DNA from: Auanema rhodensis
Taxonomy: Eukaryota; Animalia; Nematoda
Length of the DNA stretch: 64,000 nucleotides
Assembly: GCA_964057225.1 (NCBI GenBank)
Contig: OZ059900.1
Location: 22,878,001-22,942,000, forward strand
Direction: 5' to 3'
Position numbers and translations under genes: made by a program. This document shows, one piece after another, positions 41,201 through 56,643 of this stretch (position 1 is the stretch's first letter; the number at the start of each line of letters is the position of its first letter). The notes beneath the pieces are model-generated. The model did no database searches. It was not told where the DNA came from and was given only the letters and a program-made list of their open reading frames with translations.

Positions 41201-44200
41201 TATTGATTAAATCGATTTTTGTTCATATGAGTCGTCAAATGCAACGAATTTCAGCGTGTTACATACTAAAATGAAGCATTTTACATGCTGAACACTAGAA
41301 AAATACAAAAACACAGTATTTCCCATGAGAAATATTTTATTATGCTGGAAAACCAGTTTTTGGAAATTTCGCTGTAAACAAGGTTTTGACTTACGATTTC
41401 ATGTGTTCAAACTCATGCAATGTCAATGAAACCTAGCTCAAAATTGTTCGTACAACGTCTAGTTCCACTTTCACGACAAAAAAACAGGGGTTAGAAAATT
41501 AAGGAAATTAGCATATTCTGAGGGCACGCCCCTTATGGCTAATATTGATTAAATCGATTTTTGTTCATATGAGTCGTCAAATGCAACGAATTTCAGCGTG
41601 TTACATACTAAAATGAAGCATTTTACATGCTGAACACTAGAAAAATACAAAAACACAGTATTTCCCATGAGAAATATTTTATTATGCTGGAAAACCAGTT
41701 TTTGGAAATTTCGCTGCAAACAAGGTTTTGACTTACGATTTCATGTGTTCAAACTCATGCAATGTCAATGAAACCTAGCTCAAAATTGTTCGTACAACGT
41801 CTAATTCCACTTTCACGACAAAAAAACAGGGGTTAGAAAATTAAGGAAATTAGCATATTCTGAGGGCACGCCCCTTATGGCTAATATTGATTAAATCGAT
41901 TTTTGTTCATATGAGTCGTCAAATGCAACGAATTTCAGCGTGTTACATACTAAAATGAGGCATTTTACATGCTGAACACTAGAAAAATACAAAAACACAG
42001 TATTTCCCATGAGAAATATTTTATTATGCTGGAAAACCAGTTTTTGGAAATTTCGCTGTAAACAAGGTTTTGACTTACGATTTCATGTGTTCAAACTCAT
42101 GCAATGTTAATGAAATCTAGCTCAAAATTGTTTGTACAACGTCTAGTTCCACTTTCACGACAAAAAAACAGGGGTTAGAAAATTAAGGAAATTAGCATAT
42201 TCTGAGGGCACGCCCCTTATGGCTAATATTGATTAAATCGATTTTTGTTCATATGAGTCGTCAAATGCAACGAATTTCAGCGTGTTACATACTAAAATGA
42301 GGCATTTTACATGCTGAACACTAGAAAAATACAAAAACACAGTATTTCCCATGAGAAATATTTTATTATGCTGGAAAACCAGTTTTTGGAATTTTCGCTG
42401 TAAACAAGGTTTTGACTTACGATTTCATGAGTTCAAACTCATGCAATGTTAATGAAACCTAGCTCAAAATTGTTCGTACAACGTCTAGTTCCACTTTCAC
42501 GACAAAAAAACAGGGGTTAGAAAATTAAGGAAATTAGCATATTCTGAGGGCACGCCACTTATGGCTAATATTGATTAAATCGATTTTTGTTCATATGAGT
42601 CGTCAAATGCAACGAATTTCAGCGTGTTACATACTAAAATGAAGCATTTTACATGCTGAACACTAGAAAAATACAAAAACACAGTATTTCCCATGAGAAA
42701 AATTTTATTATGCTGGAAACCAGTTTTTGGAATTTTCGCTGTAAACAAGGTTTTGACTTACGATTTCATGAGTTCAAACTCATGCAATGTCAATGAAACC
42801 TAGCTCAAAATTGTTCGTACAACGTCTAGTTCCACTTTCACGACAAAAAAACAGGGGTTAGAAAATTAAGGAAATTAGCATATTCTGAGGGCACGCCCCT
42901 TATGGCTAATATTGATTAAATCGATTTTTGTTCATATGAGTCGTCAAATGCAACGAATTTCAGCGTGTTACATACTAAAATGAAGCATTTTACATGCTGA
43001 ACACTAGAAAAATACAAAAACACAGTATTTCCCATGAGAAATATTTTATTATGCTGGAAAACCAGTTTTTGGAAATTTCGCTGCAAACAAGGTTTTGACT
43101 TACGATTTCATGTGTTCAAACTCATGCAATGTCAATGAAACCTAGCTCAAAATTGTTCGTACAACGTCTAATTCCACTTTCACGACAAAAAAACAGGGGT
43201 CAGAAAATTAAGGAAATTAGCATATTCTGAGGGCACGCCCCTTATGGCTAATATTGATTAAATCGATTTTTGTTCATATGAGTCGTCAAATGCAACGAAT
43301 TTCAGCGTGTTACATACTAAAATGAGGCATTTTACATGCTGAACACTAGAAAAATACAAAAACACAGTATTTCCCATGAGAAATATTTTATTATGCTGGA
43401 AAACCAGTTTTTGGAAATTTCGCTGTAAACAAGGTTTTGACTTACGATTTCATGTGTTCAAACTCATGCAATGTTAATGAAATCTAGCTCAAAATTGTTT
43501 GTACAACGTCTAGTTCCACTTTCACGACAAAAAAACAGGGGTTAGAAAATTAAGGAAATTAGCATATTCTGAGGGCACGCCCCTTATGGCTAATATTGAT
43601 TAAATCGATTTTTGTTCATATGAGTCGTCAAATGCAACGAATTTCAGCGTGTTACATACTAAAATGAGGCATTTTACATGCTGAACACTAGAAAAATACA
43701 AAAACACAGTATTTCCCATGAGAAATATTTTATTATGCTGGAAAACCAGTTTTTGGAATTTTCGCTGTAAACAAGGTTTTGACTTACGATTTCATGTGTT
43801 CAAACTCATGCAATGTCAATGAAACCTAGCTCAAAATTGTTCCTACAACGTCTAGTTCCACTTTCACGACAAAAAACAGGGGTTAGAAAATTAAGGAAAT
43901 TAGCATATTCTGAGGGCACGCCCCTTATGGCTAATATTGATTAAATCGATTTTTGTTCATATGAGTCGTCAAATGCAACGAATTTCAGCGTGTTACATAC
44001 TAAAATGAAGCATTTTACATGCTGAACACTAGAAAAATACGAAAACACAGTTTTTCCCATGAGAAATATTTTATTATGCTGGAAAACCAGTTTTTGGAAA
44101 TTTCGCTGTAAACAAGGTTTTGACTTACGATTTCATGTGTTCAAACTCATGCAATGTCAATGAAACCTAGCTCAAAATTGTTCCTACAACGTCTAGTTCC

Positions 44201-47200
44201 ACTTTCACGACAAAAAACAGGGGTTAGAAAATTAAGGAAATTAGCATATTCTGAGGGCACGCCCCTTATGGCTAATTTTGATTAAATCGATTTTTGTTCA
44301 TATGAGTCGTCAAATGCAACGAATTTCAGCGTGTTACATACTAAAATGAAGCATTTTACATGTTGAACACTAGAAAAATACAAAAACACAGTATTTCAAA
44401 TGAGAAATATTTTATTATGCTGGAAAACCAGTTTTTGGAAATTTCGCTGTAAACAAGGTTTTGACTTACGATTTCATGTGTTCAAACTCATGCAATGTCA
44501 ATGAAACCTAGCTCAAAATTGTTTGTAAAACGTCTAGTTCCACTTTCACGACAAAAAAACAGGGGTTAGAAAATTAAGGAAATTAGCATATTCTGAGGGC
44601 ACGCCCCTTATGGCTAATATTGATTAAATCGATTTTTGTTCATATGAGTCGTCAAATGCAACGAATTTCAGCGTGTTACATACTAAAATGAAGCATTTTA
44701 CATGCTGAACACTAGAAAAATACAAAAACACAGTATTTCCCATGAGAAATATTTTATTATGCTGGAAACCAGTTTTTGGAATTTTCGCTGTAAACAAGGT
44801 TTTGACTTACGATTTCATGAGTTCAAACTCATGCAATGTCAATGAAACCTAGCTCAAAATTGTTCGTACAACGTCTAGTTCCACTTTCACGACAAAAAAA
44901 CAGGGGTTAGAAAATTAAGGAAATTAGCATATTCTGAGGGCACGCCCCTTATGGCTAATATTGATTAAATCGATTTTTGTTCATATGAGTCGTCAAATGC
45001 AACGAATTTCAGCGTGTTACATACTAAAATGAAGCACTTTACATGCTGAACACTAGAAAAATACAAAAACACAGTATTTCCCATGAGAAATATTTTATTA
45101 TGCTGGAAACCAGTTTTTGGAATTTTCGCTGTAAACAAGGTTTTGACTTACGATTTCATGAGTTCAAACTCATGCAATGTCAATGAAACCTAGCTCAAAA
45201 TTGTTCGTACAACGTCTAGTTCCACTTTCACGACAAAAAAACAGGGGTTAGAAAATTAAGGAAATTAGCATATTCTGAGGGCACGCCCCTTATGGCTAAT
45301 ATTGATTAAATCGATTTTTGTTCATATGAGTCGTCAAATGCAACGAATTTCAGCGTGTTACATACTAAAATGAAGTATTTTACATGCTGAACACTAGAAA
45401 AATACAAAAACACAGTATTTCCCATGAGAAATATTTTATTATGCTGGAAAACCAGTTTTTGGAAATTTCGCTGTAAACAAGGTTTTGACTTACGATTTCA
45501 TGTGTTGAAACTCATGCAATGTCAATGAAACCTAGCTCAAAATTGTTCCTACAACGTCTAATTCCACTTTTACGACAAAAAAACAGGGGTTAGAAAATTA
45601 AGGAAATTAGCATATTCTGAGGGCACGCCCCTTATGGCTAATATTGATTAAATCGATTTTTGTTCATATGAGTCGTCAAATGCAACGAATTTCAGCGTGT
45701 TACATACTAAAATGAAGCATTTTACATGCTGAACACTAGAAAAATACAAAAACACAGTATTTCCCATGAGAAATATTTTATTATGCTGGAAAACCAGTTT
45801 TTGGAAATTTCGCTGCAAACAAGGTTTTGACTTACGATTTCATGTGTTCAAACTCATGCAATGTCAATGAAACCTAGCTCAAAATTGTTTGTACAACGTC
45901 TAATTCCACTTTCACGACAAAAAAACAGGGGTTAGAAAATTAAGGAAATTAGCATATTCTGAGGGCACGCCCCTTATGGCTAATATTGATTAAATCGATT
46001 TTTGTTCATATGAGTCGTCAAATGCAACGAATTTCAGCGTGTTACATACTAAAATGAGGCATTTTACATGCTGAACACTAGAAAAATACAAAAACACAGT
46101 ATTTCCCATGAGAAATATTTTATTATGCTGGAAAACCAGTTTTTGGAAATTTCGCTGTAAACAAGGTTTTGACTTACGATTTCATGTGTTCAAACTCATG
46201 CAATGTTAATGAAATCTAGCTCAAAATTGTTTGTACAACGTCTAGTTCCACTTTCACGACAAAAAAACAGGGGTTAGAAAATTAAGGAAATTAGCATATT
46301 CTGAGGGCACGCCCCTTATGGCTAATATTGATTAAATCGATTTTTGTTCATATGAGTCGTCAAATGCAACGAATTTCAGCGTGTTACATACTAAAATGAA
46401 GCATTTTACATGCTGAACACTAGAAAAATACAAAAACACAGTATTTCCCATGAGAAATATTTTATTATGCTGGAAAACCAGTTTTTGGAAATTTCGCTGC
46501 AAACAAGGTTTTGACTTACGATTTCATGTGTTCAAACTCATGCAATGTCAATGAAACCTAGCTCAAAATTGTTCGTACAACGTCTAATTCCACTTTCACG
46601 ACAAAAAAACAGGGGTTAGAAAATTAAGGAAATTAGCATATTCTGAGGGCACGCCCCTTATGGCTAATATTGATTAAATCGATTTTTGTTCATATGAGTC
46701 GTCAAATGCAACGAATTTCAGCGTGTTACATACTAAAATGAGGCATTTTACATGCTGAACACTAGAAAAATACAAAAACACAGTATTTCCCATGAGAAAT
46801 ATTTTATTATGCTGGAAAACCAGTTTTTGGAAATTTCGCTGTAAACAAGGTTTTGACTTACGATTTCATGTGTTCAAACTCATGCAATGTTAATGAAATC
46901 TAGCTCAAAATTGTTTGTACAACGTCTAGTTCCACTTTCACGACAAAAAAACAGGGGTTAGAAAATTAAGGAAATTAGCATATTCTGAGGGCACGCCCCT
47001 TATGGCTAATATTGATTAAATCGATTTTTGTTCATATGAGTCGTCAAATGCAACGAATTTCAGCGTGTTACATACTAAAATGAGGCATTTTACATGCTGA
47101 ACACTAGAAAAATACAAAAACACAGTATTTCCCATGAGAAATATTTTATTATGCTGGAAAACCAGTTTTTGGAATTTTCGCTGTAAACAAGGTTTTGACT

Positions 47201-50200
47201 TACGATTTCATGAGTTCAAACTCATGCAATGTTAATGAAACCTAGCTCAAAATTGTTCGTACAACGTCTAGTTCCACTTTCACGACAAAAAAACAGGGGT
47301 TAGAAAATTAAGGAAATTAGCATATTCTGAGGGCACGCCACTTATGGCTAATATTGATTAAATCGATTTTTGTTCATATGAGTCGTCAAATGCAACGAAT
47401 TTCAGCGTGTTACATACTAAAATGAAGCATTTTACATGCTGAACACTAGAAAAATACAAAAACACAGTATTTCCCATGAGAAATATTTTATTATGCTGGA
47501 AACCAGTTTTTGGAATTTTCGCTGTAAACAAGGTTTTGACTTACGATTTCATGAGTTCAAACTCATGCAATGTCAATGAAACCTAGCTCAAAATTGTTCG
47601 TACAACGTCTAGTTCCACTTTCACGACAAAAAAACAGGGGTTAGAAAATTAAGGAAATTAGCATATTCTGAGGGCACGCCCCTTATGGCTAATATTGATT
47701 AAATCGATTTTTGTTCATATGAGTCGTCAAATGCAACGAATTTCAGCGTGTTACATACTAAAATGAAGCATTTTACATGCTGAACACTAGAAAAATACAA
47801 AAACACAGTATTTCCCATGAGAAATATTTTATTATGCTGGAAACCAGTTTTTGGAATTTTCGCTGTAAACAAGCTTTTGACTTACGATTTCATGAGTTCA
47901 AACTCATGCAATGTCAATGAAACCTAGCTCAAAATTGTTCGTACAACGTCTAGTTCCACTTTCACGACAAAAAAACAGGGGTTAGAAAATTAAGGAAATT
48001 AGCATATTCTGAGGGCACGCCCCTTATGGCTAATATTGATTAAATCGATTTTTGTTCATATGAGTCGTCAAATGCAACGAATTTCAGCGTGTTACATACT
48101 AAAATGAAGTATTTTACATGCTGAACACTAGAAAAATACAAAAACACAGTATTTCCCATGAGAAATATTTTATTATGCTGGAAAACCAGTTTTTGGAAAT
48201 TTCGCTGTAAACAAGGTTTTGACTTACGATTTCATGTGTTGAAACTCATGCAATGTCAATGAAACCTAGCTCAAAATTGTTCCTACAACGTCTAATTCCA
48301 CTTTTACGACAAAAAAACAGGGGTTAGAAAATTAAGGAAATTAGCATATTCTGAGGGCACGCCCCTTATGGCTAATATTGATTAAATCGATTTTTGTTCA
48401 TATGAGTCGTCAAATGCAACGAATTTCAGCGTGTTACATACTAAAATGAAGCATTTTACATGCTGAACACTAGAAAAATACAAAAACACAGTATTTCCCA
48501 TGAGAAATATTTTATTATGCTGGAAAACCAGTTTTTGGAAATTTCGCTGCAAACAAGGTTTTGACTTACGATTTCATGTGTTCAAACTCATGCAATGTCA
48601 ATGAAACCTAGCTCAAAATTGTTCGTACAACGTCTAATTCCACTTTCACGACAAAAAAACAGGGGTTAGAAAATTAAGGAAATTAGCATATTCTGAGGGC
48701 ACGCCCCTTATGGCTAATATTGATTAAATCGATTTTTGTTCATATGAGTCGTCAAATGCAAAGAATTTCAGCGTGTTACATACTAAAATGAGGCATTTTA
48801 CATGCTGAACACTAGAAAAATACAAAAACACAGTATTTCCCATGAGAAATATTTTATTATGCTGGAAAACCAGTTTTTGGAAATTTCGCTGCAAACAAGG
48901 TTTTGACTTACGATTTCATGTGTTCAAACTCATGCAATGTCAATGAAACCTAGCTCAAAATTGTTCCTACAACGTCTAGTTCCACTTTCACGACAAAAAA
49001 CAGGGGTTAGAAAATTAAGGAAATTAGCATATTCTGAGGGCACGCCCCTTATGGCTAATATTGATTAAATCGATTTTTGTTCATATGAGTCGTCAAATGC
49101 AACGAATTTCAGCGTGTTACATACTAAAATGAGGCATTTTACATGCTGAACACTAGAAAAATACAAAAACACAGTATTTCCCATGAGAAATATTTTATTA
49201 TGCTGGAAAACCAGTTTTTGGAATTTTCGCTGTAAACAAGGTTTTGACTTACGATTTCATGAGTTCAAACTCATGCAATGTTAATGAAACCTAGCTCAAA
49301 ATTGTTCGTACAACGTCTAGTTCCACTTTCACGACAAAAAAACAGGGGTTAGAAAATTAAGGAAATTAGCATATTCTGAGGGCACGCCACTTATGGCTAA
49401 TATTGATTAAATCGATTTTTGTTCATATGAGTCGTCAAATGCAACGAATTTCAGCGTGTTACATACTAAAATGAAGCATTTTACATGCTGAACACTAGAA
49501 AAATACAAAAACACAGTATTTCCCATGAGAAATATTTTATTATGCTGGAAACCAGTTTTTGGAATTTTCGCTGTAAACAAGGTTTTGACTTACGATTTCA
49601 TGAGTTCAAACTCATGCAATGTCAATGAAACCTAGCTCAAAATTGTTCGTACAACGTCTAGTTCCACTTTCACGACAAAAAAACAGGGGTTAGAAAATTA
49701 AGGAAATTAGCATATTCTGAGGGCACGCCCCTTATGGCTAATATTGATTAAATCGATTTTTGTTCATATGAGTCGTCAAATGCAACGAATTTCAGCGTGT
49801 TACATACTAAAATGAAGCATTTTACATGCTGAACACTAGAAAAATACAAAAACACAGTATTTCCCATGAGAAATATTTTATTATGCTGGAAACCAGTTTT
49901 TGGAATTTTCGCTGTAAACAAGGTTTTGACTTACGATTTCATGAGTTCAAACTCATGCAGTGTCAATGAAACCTAGCTCAAAATTGTTCGTACAACGTCT
50001 AGTTCCACTTTCACGACAAAAAAACAGGGGTTAGAAAATTAAGGAAATTAGCATATTCTGAGGGCACGCCACTTATGGCTAATATTGATTAAATCGATTT
50101 TTGTTCATATGAGTCGTCAAATGCAACGAATTTCAGCGTGTTACATACTAAAATGAAGCATTTTACATGCTGAACACTAGAAAAATACAAAAACACAGTA

Positions 50201-52641
50201 TTTCCCATGAGAAATATTTTATTATGCTGGAAACCAGTTTTTGGAATTTTCGCTGTAAACAAGGTTTTGACTTACGATTTCATGAGTTCAAACTCATGCA
50301 ATGTCAATGAAACCTAGCTCAAAATTGTTCGTACAACGTCTAGTTCCACTTTCACGACAAAAAAACAGGGGTTAGAAAATTAAGGAAATTAGCATATTCT
50401 GAGGGCACGCCCCTTATGGCTAATATTGATTAAATCGATTTTTGTTCATATGAGTCGTCAAATGCAACGAATTTCAGCGTGTTACATACTAAAATGAAGC
50501 ATTTTACATGCTGAACACTAGAAAAATACAAAAACACAGTATTTCCCATGAGAAATATTTTATTATGCTGGAAACCAGTTTTTGGAATTTTCGCTGTAAA
50601 CAAGGTTTTGACTTACGATTTCATGAGTTCAAACTCATGCAATGTCAATGAAACCTAGCTCAAAATTGTTCGTACAACGTCTAGTTCCACTTTCACGACA
50701 AAAAAACAGGGGTTAGAAAATTAAGGAAATTAGCATATTCTGAGGGCACGCCCCTTATGGCTAATATTGATTAAATCGATTTTTGTTCATATGAGTCGTC
50801 AAATGCAACGAATTTCAGCGTGTTACATACTAAAATGAAGTATTTTACATGCTGAACACTAGAAAAATACAAAAACACAGTATTTCCCATGAGAAATATT
50901 TTATTATGCTGGAAAACCAGTTTTTGGAAATTTCGCTGTAAACAAGGTTTTGACTTACGATTTCATGTGTTGAAACTCATGCAATGTCAATGAAACCTAG
51001 CTCAAAATTGTTCCTACAACGTCTAATTCCACTTTTACGACAAAAAAACAGGGGTTAGAAAATTAAGGAAATTAGCATATTCTGAGGGCACGCCCCTTAT
51101 GGCTAATATTGATTAAATCGATTTTTGTTCATATGAGTCGTCAAATGCAACGAATTTCAGCGTGTTACATACTAAAATGAAGCATTTTACATGCTGAACA
51201 CTAGAAAAATACAAAAACACAGTATTTCCCATGAGAAATATTTTATTATGCTGGAAAACCAGTTTTTGGAAATTTCGCTGCAAACAAGGTTTTGACTTAC
51301 GATTTCATGTGTTCAAACTCATGCAATGTCAATGAAACCTAGCTCAAAATTGTTCGTACAACGTCTAATTCCACTTTCACGACAAAAAAACAGGGGTTAG
51401 AAAATTAAGGAAATTAGCATATTCTGAGGGCACGCCCCTTATGGCTAATATTGATTAAATCGATTTTTGTTCATATGAGTCGTCAAATGCAAAGAATTTC
51501 AGCGTGTTACATACTAAAATGAGGCATTTTACATGCTGAACACTAGAAAAATACAAAAACACAGTATTTCCCATGAGAAATATTTTATTATGCTGGAAAA
51601 CCAGTTTTTGGAAATTTCGCTGTAAACAAGGTTTTGACTTACGATTTCATGTGTTCAAACTCATGCAATGTTAATGAAATCTAGCTCAAAATTGTTTGTA
51701 CAACGTCTAGTTCCACTTTCACGACAAAAAAACAGGGGTTAGAAAATTAAGGAAATTAGCATATTCTGAGGGCACGCCCCTTATGGCTAATATTGATTAA
51801 ATCGATTTTTGTTCATATGAGTAGTCAAATGCAACGAATTTCAGCGTGTTACATACTTAAATGAAGCATTTTACATGCTGAACACTAGAAAAATACAAAA
51901 ACACAGTATTTCCCATGAGAAATATTTTATTATGCTGGAAACCAGTTTTTGGAATTTTCGCTGTAAACAAGGTTTTGACTTACGATTTCATGAGTTCAAA
52001 CTCATGCAATGTTAATGAAACCTAGCTCAAAATTGTTCGTACAACGTCTAGTTCCACTTTCACGACAAAAAAACAGGGGTTAGAAAATTAAGGAAATTAG
52101 CATATTCTGAGGGCACGCCCCTTATGGCTAATATTGATTAAATCGATTTTTGTTCATATGAGTCGTCAAATGCAACGAATTTCAGCGTGTTACATACTAA
52201 AATGAAACATTTTACATGCTGAACACTAGAAAAATACAAAAACACAGTATTTCCCATAAGAAATATTTTATTATGCTGGAAAACCAGTTTTTGGAAATTT
52301 CGCTGTAAACAAGGTTTTGACTTACAATTTCATGTGTTCAAACTCATGCAATGTCAATGAAACTTAGCTCAAAATTGTTCGTACAACGTCTAGTTCCACT
52401 TTCACGACAAAAAAACAGGGGTTAGAAAATTAAGGAAATTAGCATATTCTGAGGGCACGCCCATTATGGCTAATATTGATTAAATCGATTTTTGTTCATA
52501 TGAGTCGTCAAATGCAACGAATTTCAGCGTGTTACATACTAAAATGAAGTATTTTACATGCTGAACACTAGAAAAATACAAAAACACAGTATTTCCCATG
52601 AGAAAAATTTTATTATGCTGGAAAACCAGTTTTTGGAAATT

Positions 52642-52761
52642 TCGCTGTAAACAAGGTTATGACTTACGATTTCATGTGTTCAAACTCATGCAATGTCAAT
52701 GTCGCTGTAAACAAGGTTATGACTTACGATTTCATGTGTTCAAACTCATGCAATGTCAATG
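52642..52761. repeat. Perfect 60-bp tandem duplication inside one monomer
   Basis: tcgctgtaaacaaggttatgacttacgatttcatgtgttcaaactcatgcaatgtcaatg occurs at 52642-52701 and again at 52702-52761. Confidence 0.95.
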
Positions 52762-54057
52762 AACCCTAGCTCAAAATTGTTTGTACAACGTCTAGTTCCA
52801 CTTTCACGACAAAAAAACAGGGGTTAGAAAATTAAGGAAATTAGCATATTCTGAGGGCACGCCCCTTATGGCTAATATTGATTAAATCGATTTTTGTTCA
52901 TATGAGTAGTCAAATGCAACGAATTTCAGCGTGTTACATACTTAAATGAAGCATTTTACATGCTGAACACTAGAAAAATACAAAAACACAGTATTTCCCA
53001 TGAGAAATATTTTATTATGCTGGAAACCAGTTTTTGGAATTTTCGCTGTAAACAAGGTTTTGACTTACGATTTCATGAGTTCAAACTCATGCAATGTTAA
53101 TGAAACCTAGCTCAAAATTGTTCGTACAACGTCTAGTTCCACTTTCACGACAAAAAAACAGGGGTTAGAAAATTAAGGAAATTAGCATATTCTGAGGGCA
53201 CGCCCCTTATGGCTAATATTGATTAAATCGATTTTTGTTCATATGAGTCGTCAAATGCAACGAATTTCAGCGTGTTACATACTAAAATGAAGCATTTTAC
53301 ATGCTGAACACTAGAAAAATACAAAAACACAGTATTTCCCATAAGAAATATTTTATTATGCTGGAAAACCAGTTTTTGGAAATTTCGCTGTAAACAAGGT
53401 TTTGACTTACAATTTCATGTGTTCAAACTCATGCAATGTCAATGAAACTTAGCTCAAAATTGTTCGTACAACGTCTAGTTCCTCTTTCACGACAAAAAAA
53501 CAGGGGTTAGAAAATTAAGGAAATTAGCATATTCTGAGGGCACGCCCCTTATGGCTAATATTGATTAAATCGATTTTTGTTCATATGAGTCGTCAAATGC
53601 AACGAATTTCAGCGTGTTACATACTAAAATGAAGTATTTTACATGCTGAACACTAGAAAAATACAAAAACACAGTATTTCCCATGAGAAATATTTTATTA
53701 TGCTGGAAAACCAGTTTTTGGAAATTTCGCTGTAAACAAGGTTTTGACTTACGATTTCATGTGTTGAAACTCATGCAATGTCAATGAAACCTAGCTCAAA
53801 ATTGTTCCTACAACGTCTAATTCCACTTTTACGACAAAAAAAACAGGGGTTAGAAAATTAAGGAAATTAGCATATTCTGAGGGCACGCCCCTTATGGCTA
53901 ATATTGATTAAATCGATTTTTGTTCATATGAGTCGTCAAATGCAACGAATTTCAGCGTGTTACATACTAAAATGAAGCATTTTACATGCTGAACACTAGA
54001 AAAATACAAAAACACAGTTTTTCCCATGAGAAATATTTTATTATGCTGGAAAACCAG

Positions 54058-54250
54058 TTTTAGCATATTCTGAGGGCACGCCCCTTATGGCTAATATTGA
54101 TTAAATCGATTTTTGTTCATATGAGTCGTCAAATGCAACAAATTTCAGCGTGTTACATACTAAAATGAAGCATTTTACAAGCTGAACACTAGAAAAATAC
54201 AAAAACACAGTATTTCCCATGAGAAATATTTTATTATGCTGGAAAACCAG
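54058..54250. repeat. Truncated 193-bp monomer (149-bp deletion)
   Basis: Junction ...ggaaaaccagtttt|agcatattctgag... skips monomer positions of about 5-153; the next monomer starts at 54251. Confidence 0.95.
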
Positions 54251-56643
54251 TTTTTGGAAATTTCGCTGTAAACAAGGTTTTGACTTACGATTTCATGTGT
54301 TCAAACTCATGCAATGTTAATGAAATCTAGCTCAAAATTGTTTGTACAACGTCTAGTTCCACTTTCACGACAAAAAAACAGGGGTTAGAAAATTAAGGAA
54401 ATTAGCATATTCTGAGGGCACGCCCCTTATGGCTAATATTGATTAAATCGATTTTTGTTCATATGAGTAGTCAAATGCAACGAATTTCAGCGTGTTACAT
54501 ACTTAAATGAAGCATTTTACATGCTGAACACTAGAAAAATACAAAAACACAGTATTTCCCATGAGAAATATTTTATTATGCTGGAAACCAGTTTTTGGAA
54601 TTTTCGCTGTAAACAAGGTTTTGACTTACGATTTCATGAGTTCAAACTCATGCAATGTTAATGAAACCTAGCTCAAAATTGTTCGTACAACGTCTAGTTC
54701 CACTTTCACGACAAAAAAACAGGGGTTAGAAAATTAAGGAAATTAGCATATTCTGAGGGCACGCCCCTTATGGCTAATATTGATTAAATCGATTTTTGTT
54801 CATATGAGTCGTCAAATGCAACGAATTTCAGCGTGTTACATACTAAAATGAAACATTTTACATGCTGAACACTAGAAAAATACAAAAACACAGTATTTCC
54901 CATAAGAAATATTTTATTATGCTGGAAAACCAGTTTTTGGAAATTTCGCTGTAAACAAGGTTTTGACTTACAATTTCATGTGTTCAAACTCATGCAATGT
55001 CAATGAAACTTAGCTCAAAATTGTTCGTACAACGTCTAGTTCCACTTTCACGACAAAAAAACAGGGGTTAGAAAATTAAGGAAATTAGCATATTCTGAGG
55101 GCACGCCCATTATGGCTAATATTGATTAAATCGATTTTTGTTCATATGAGTCGTCAAATGCAACGAATTTCAGCGTGTTACATACTAAAATGAAGTATTT
55201 TACATGCTGAACACTAGAAAAATACAAAAACACAGTATTTCCCATGAGAAAAATTTTATTATGCTGGAAAACCAGTTTTTGGAAATTTCGCTGTAAACAA
55301 GGTTATGACTTACGATTTCATGTGTTCAAACTCATGCAATGTCAATGAAACCTAGCTCAAAATTGTTTGTACAACGTCTAGTTCCACTTTCACGACAAAA
55401 AAACAGGGGTTAGAAAATTAAGGAAATTAGCATATTCTGAGGGCACGCCCCTTATGGCTAATATTGATTAAATCGATTTTTGTTCATATGAGTAGTCAAA
55501 TGCAACGAATTTCAGCGTGTTACATACTTAAATGAAGCATTTTACATGCTGAACACTAGAAAAATACAAAAACACAGTATTTCCCATGAGAAATATTTTA
55601 TTATGCTGGAAACCAGTTTTTGGAATTTTCGCTGTAAACAAGGTTTTGACTTACGATTTCATGAGTTCAAACTCATGCAATGTTAATGAAACCTAGCTCA
55701 AAATTGTTCGTACAACGTCTAGTTCCACTTTCACGACAAAAAAACAGGGGTTAGAAAATTAAGGAAATTAGCATATTCTGAGGGCACGCCCCTTATGGCT
55801 AATATTGATTAAATCGATTTTTGTTCATATGAGTCGTCAAATGCAACGAATTTCAGCGTGTTACATACTAAAATGAAGCATTTTACATGCTGAACACTAG
55901 AAAAATACAAAAACACAGTATTTCCCATAAGAAATATTTTATTATGCTGGAAAACCAGTTTTTGGAAATTTCGCTGTAAACAAGGTTTTGACTTACAATT
56001 TCATGTGTTCAAACTCATGCAATGTCAATGAAACTTAGCTCAAAATTGTTCGTACAACGTCTAGTTCCTCTTTCACGACAAAAAAACAGGGGTTAGAAAA
56101 TTAAGGAAATTAGCATATTCTGAGGGCACGCCCCTTATGGCTAATATTGATTAAATCGATTTTTGTTCATATGAGTCGTCAAATGCAACGAATTTCAGCG
56201 TGTTACATACTAAAATGAAGTATTTTACATGCTGAACACTAGAAAAATACAAAAACACAGTATTTCCCATGAGAAATATTTTATTATGCTGGAAAACCAG
56301 TTTTTGGAAATTTCGCTGTAAACAAGGTTTTGACTTACGATTTCATGTGTTGAAACTCATGCAATGTCAATGAAACCTAGCTCAAAATTGTTCCTACAAC
56401 GTCTAATTCCACTTTTACGACAAAAAAAACAGGGGTTAGAAAATTAAGGAAATTAGCATATTCTGAGGGCACGCCCCTTATGGCTAATATTGATTAAATC
56501 GATTTTTGTTCATATGAGTCGTCAAATGCAACGAATTTCAGCGTGTTACATACTAAAATGAAGCATTTTACATGCTGAACACTAGAAAAATACAAAAACA
56601 CAGTTTTTCCCATGAGAAATATTTTATTATGCTGGAAAACCAG

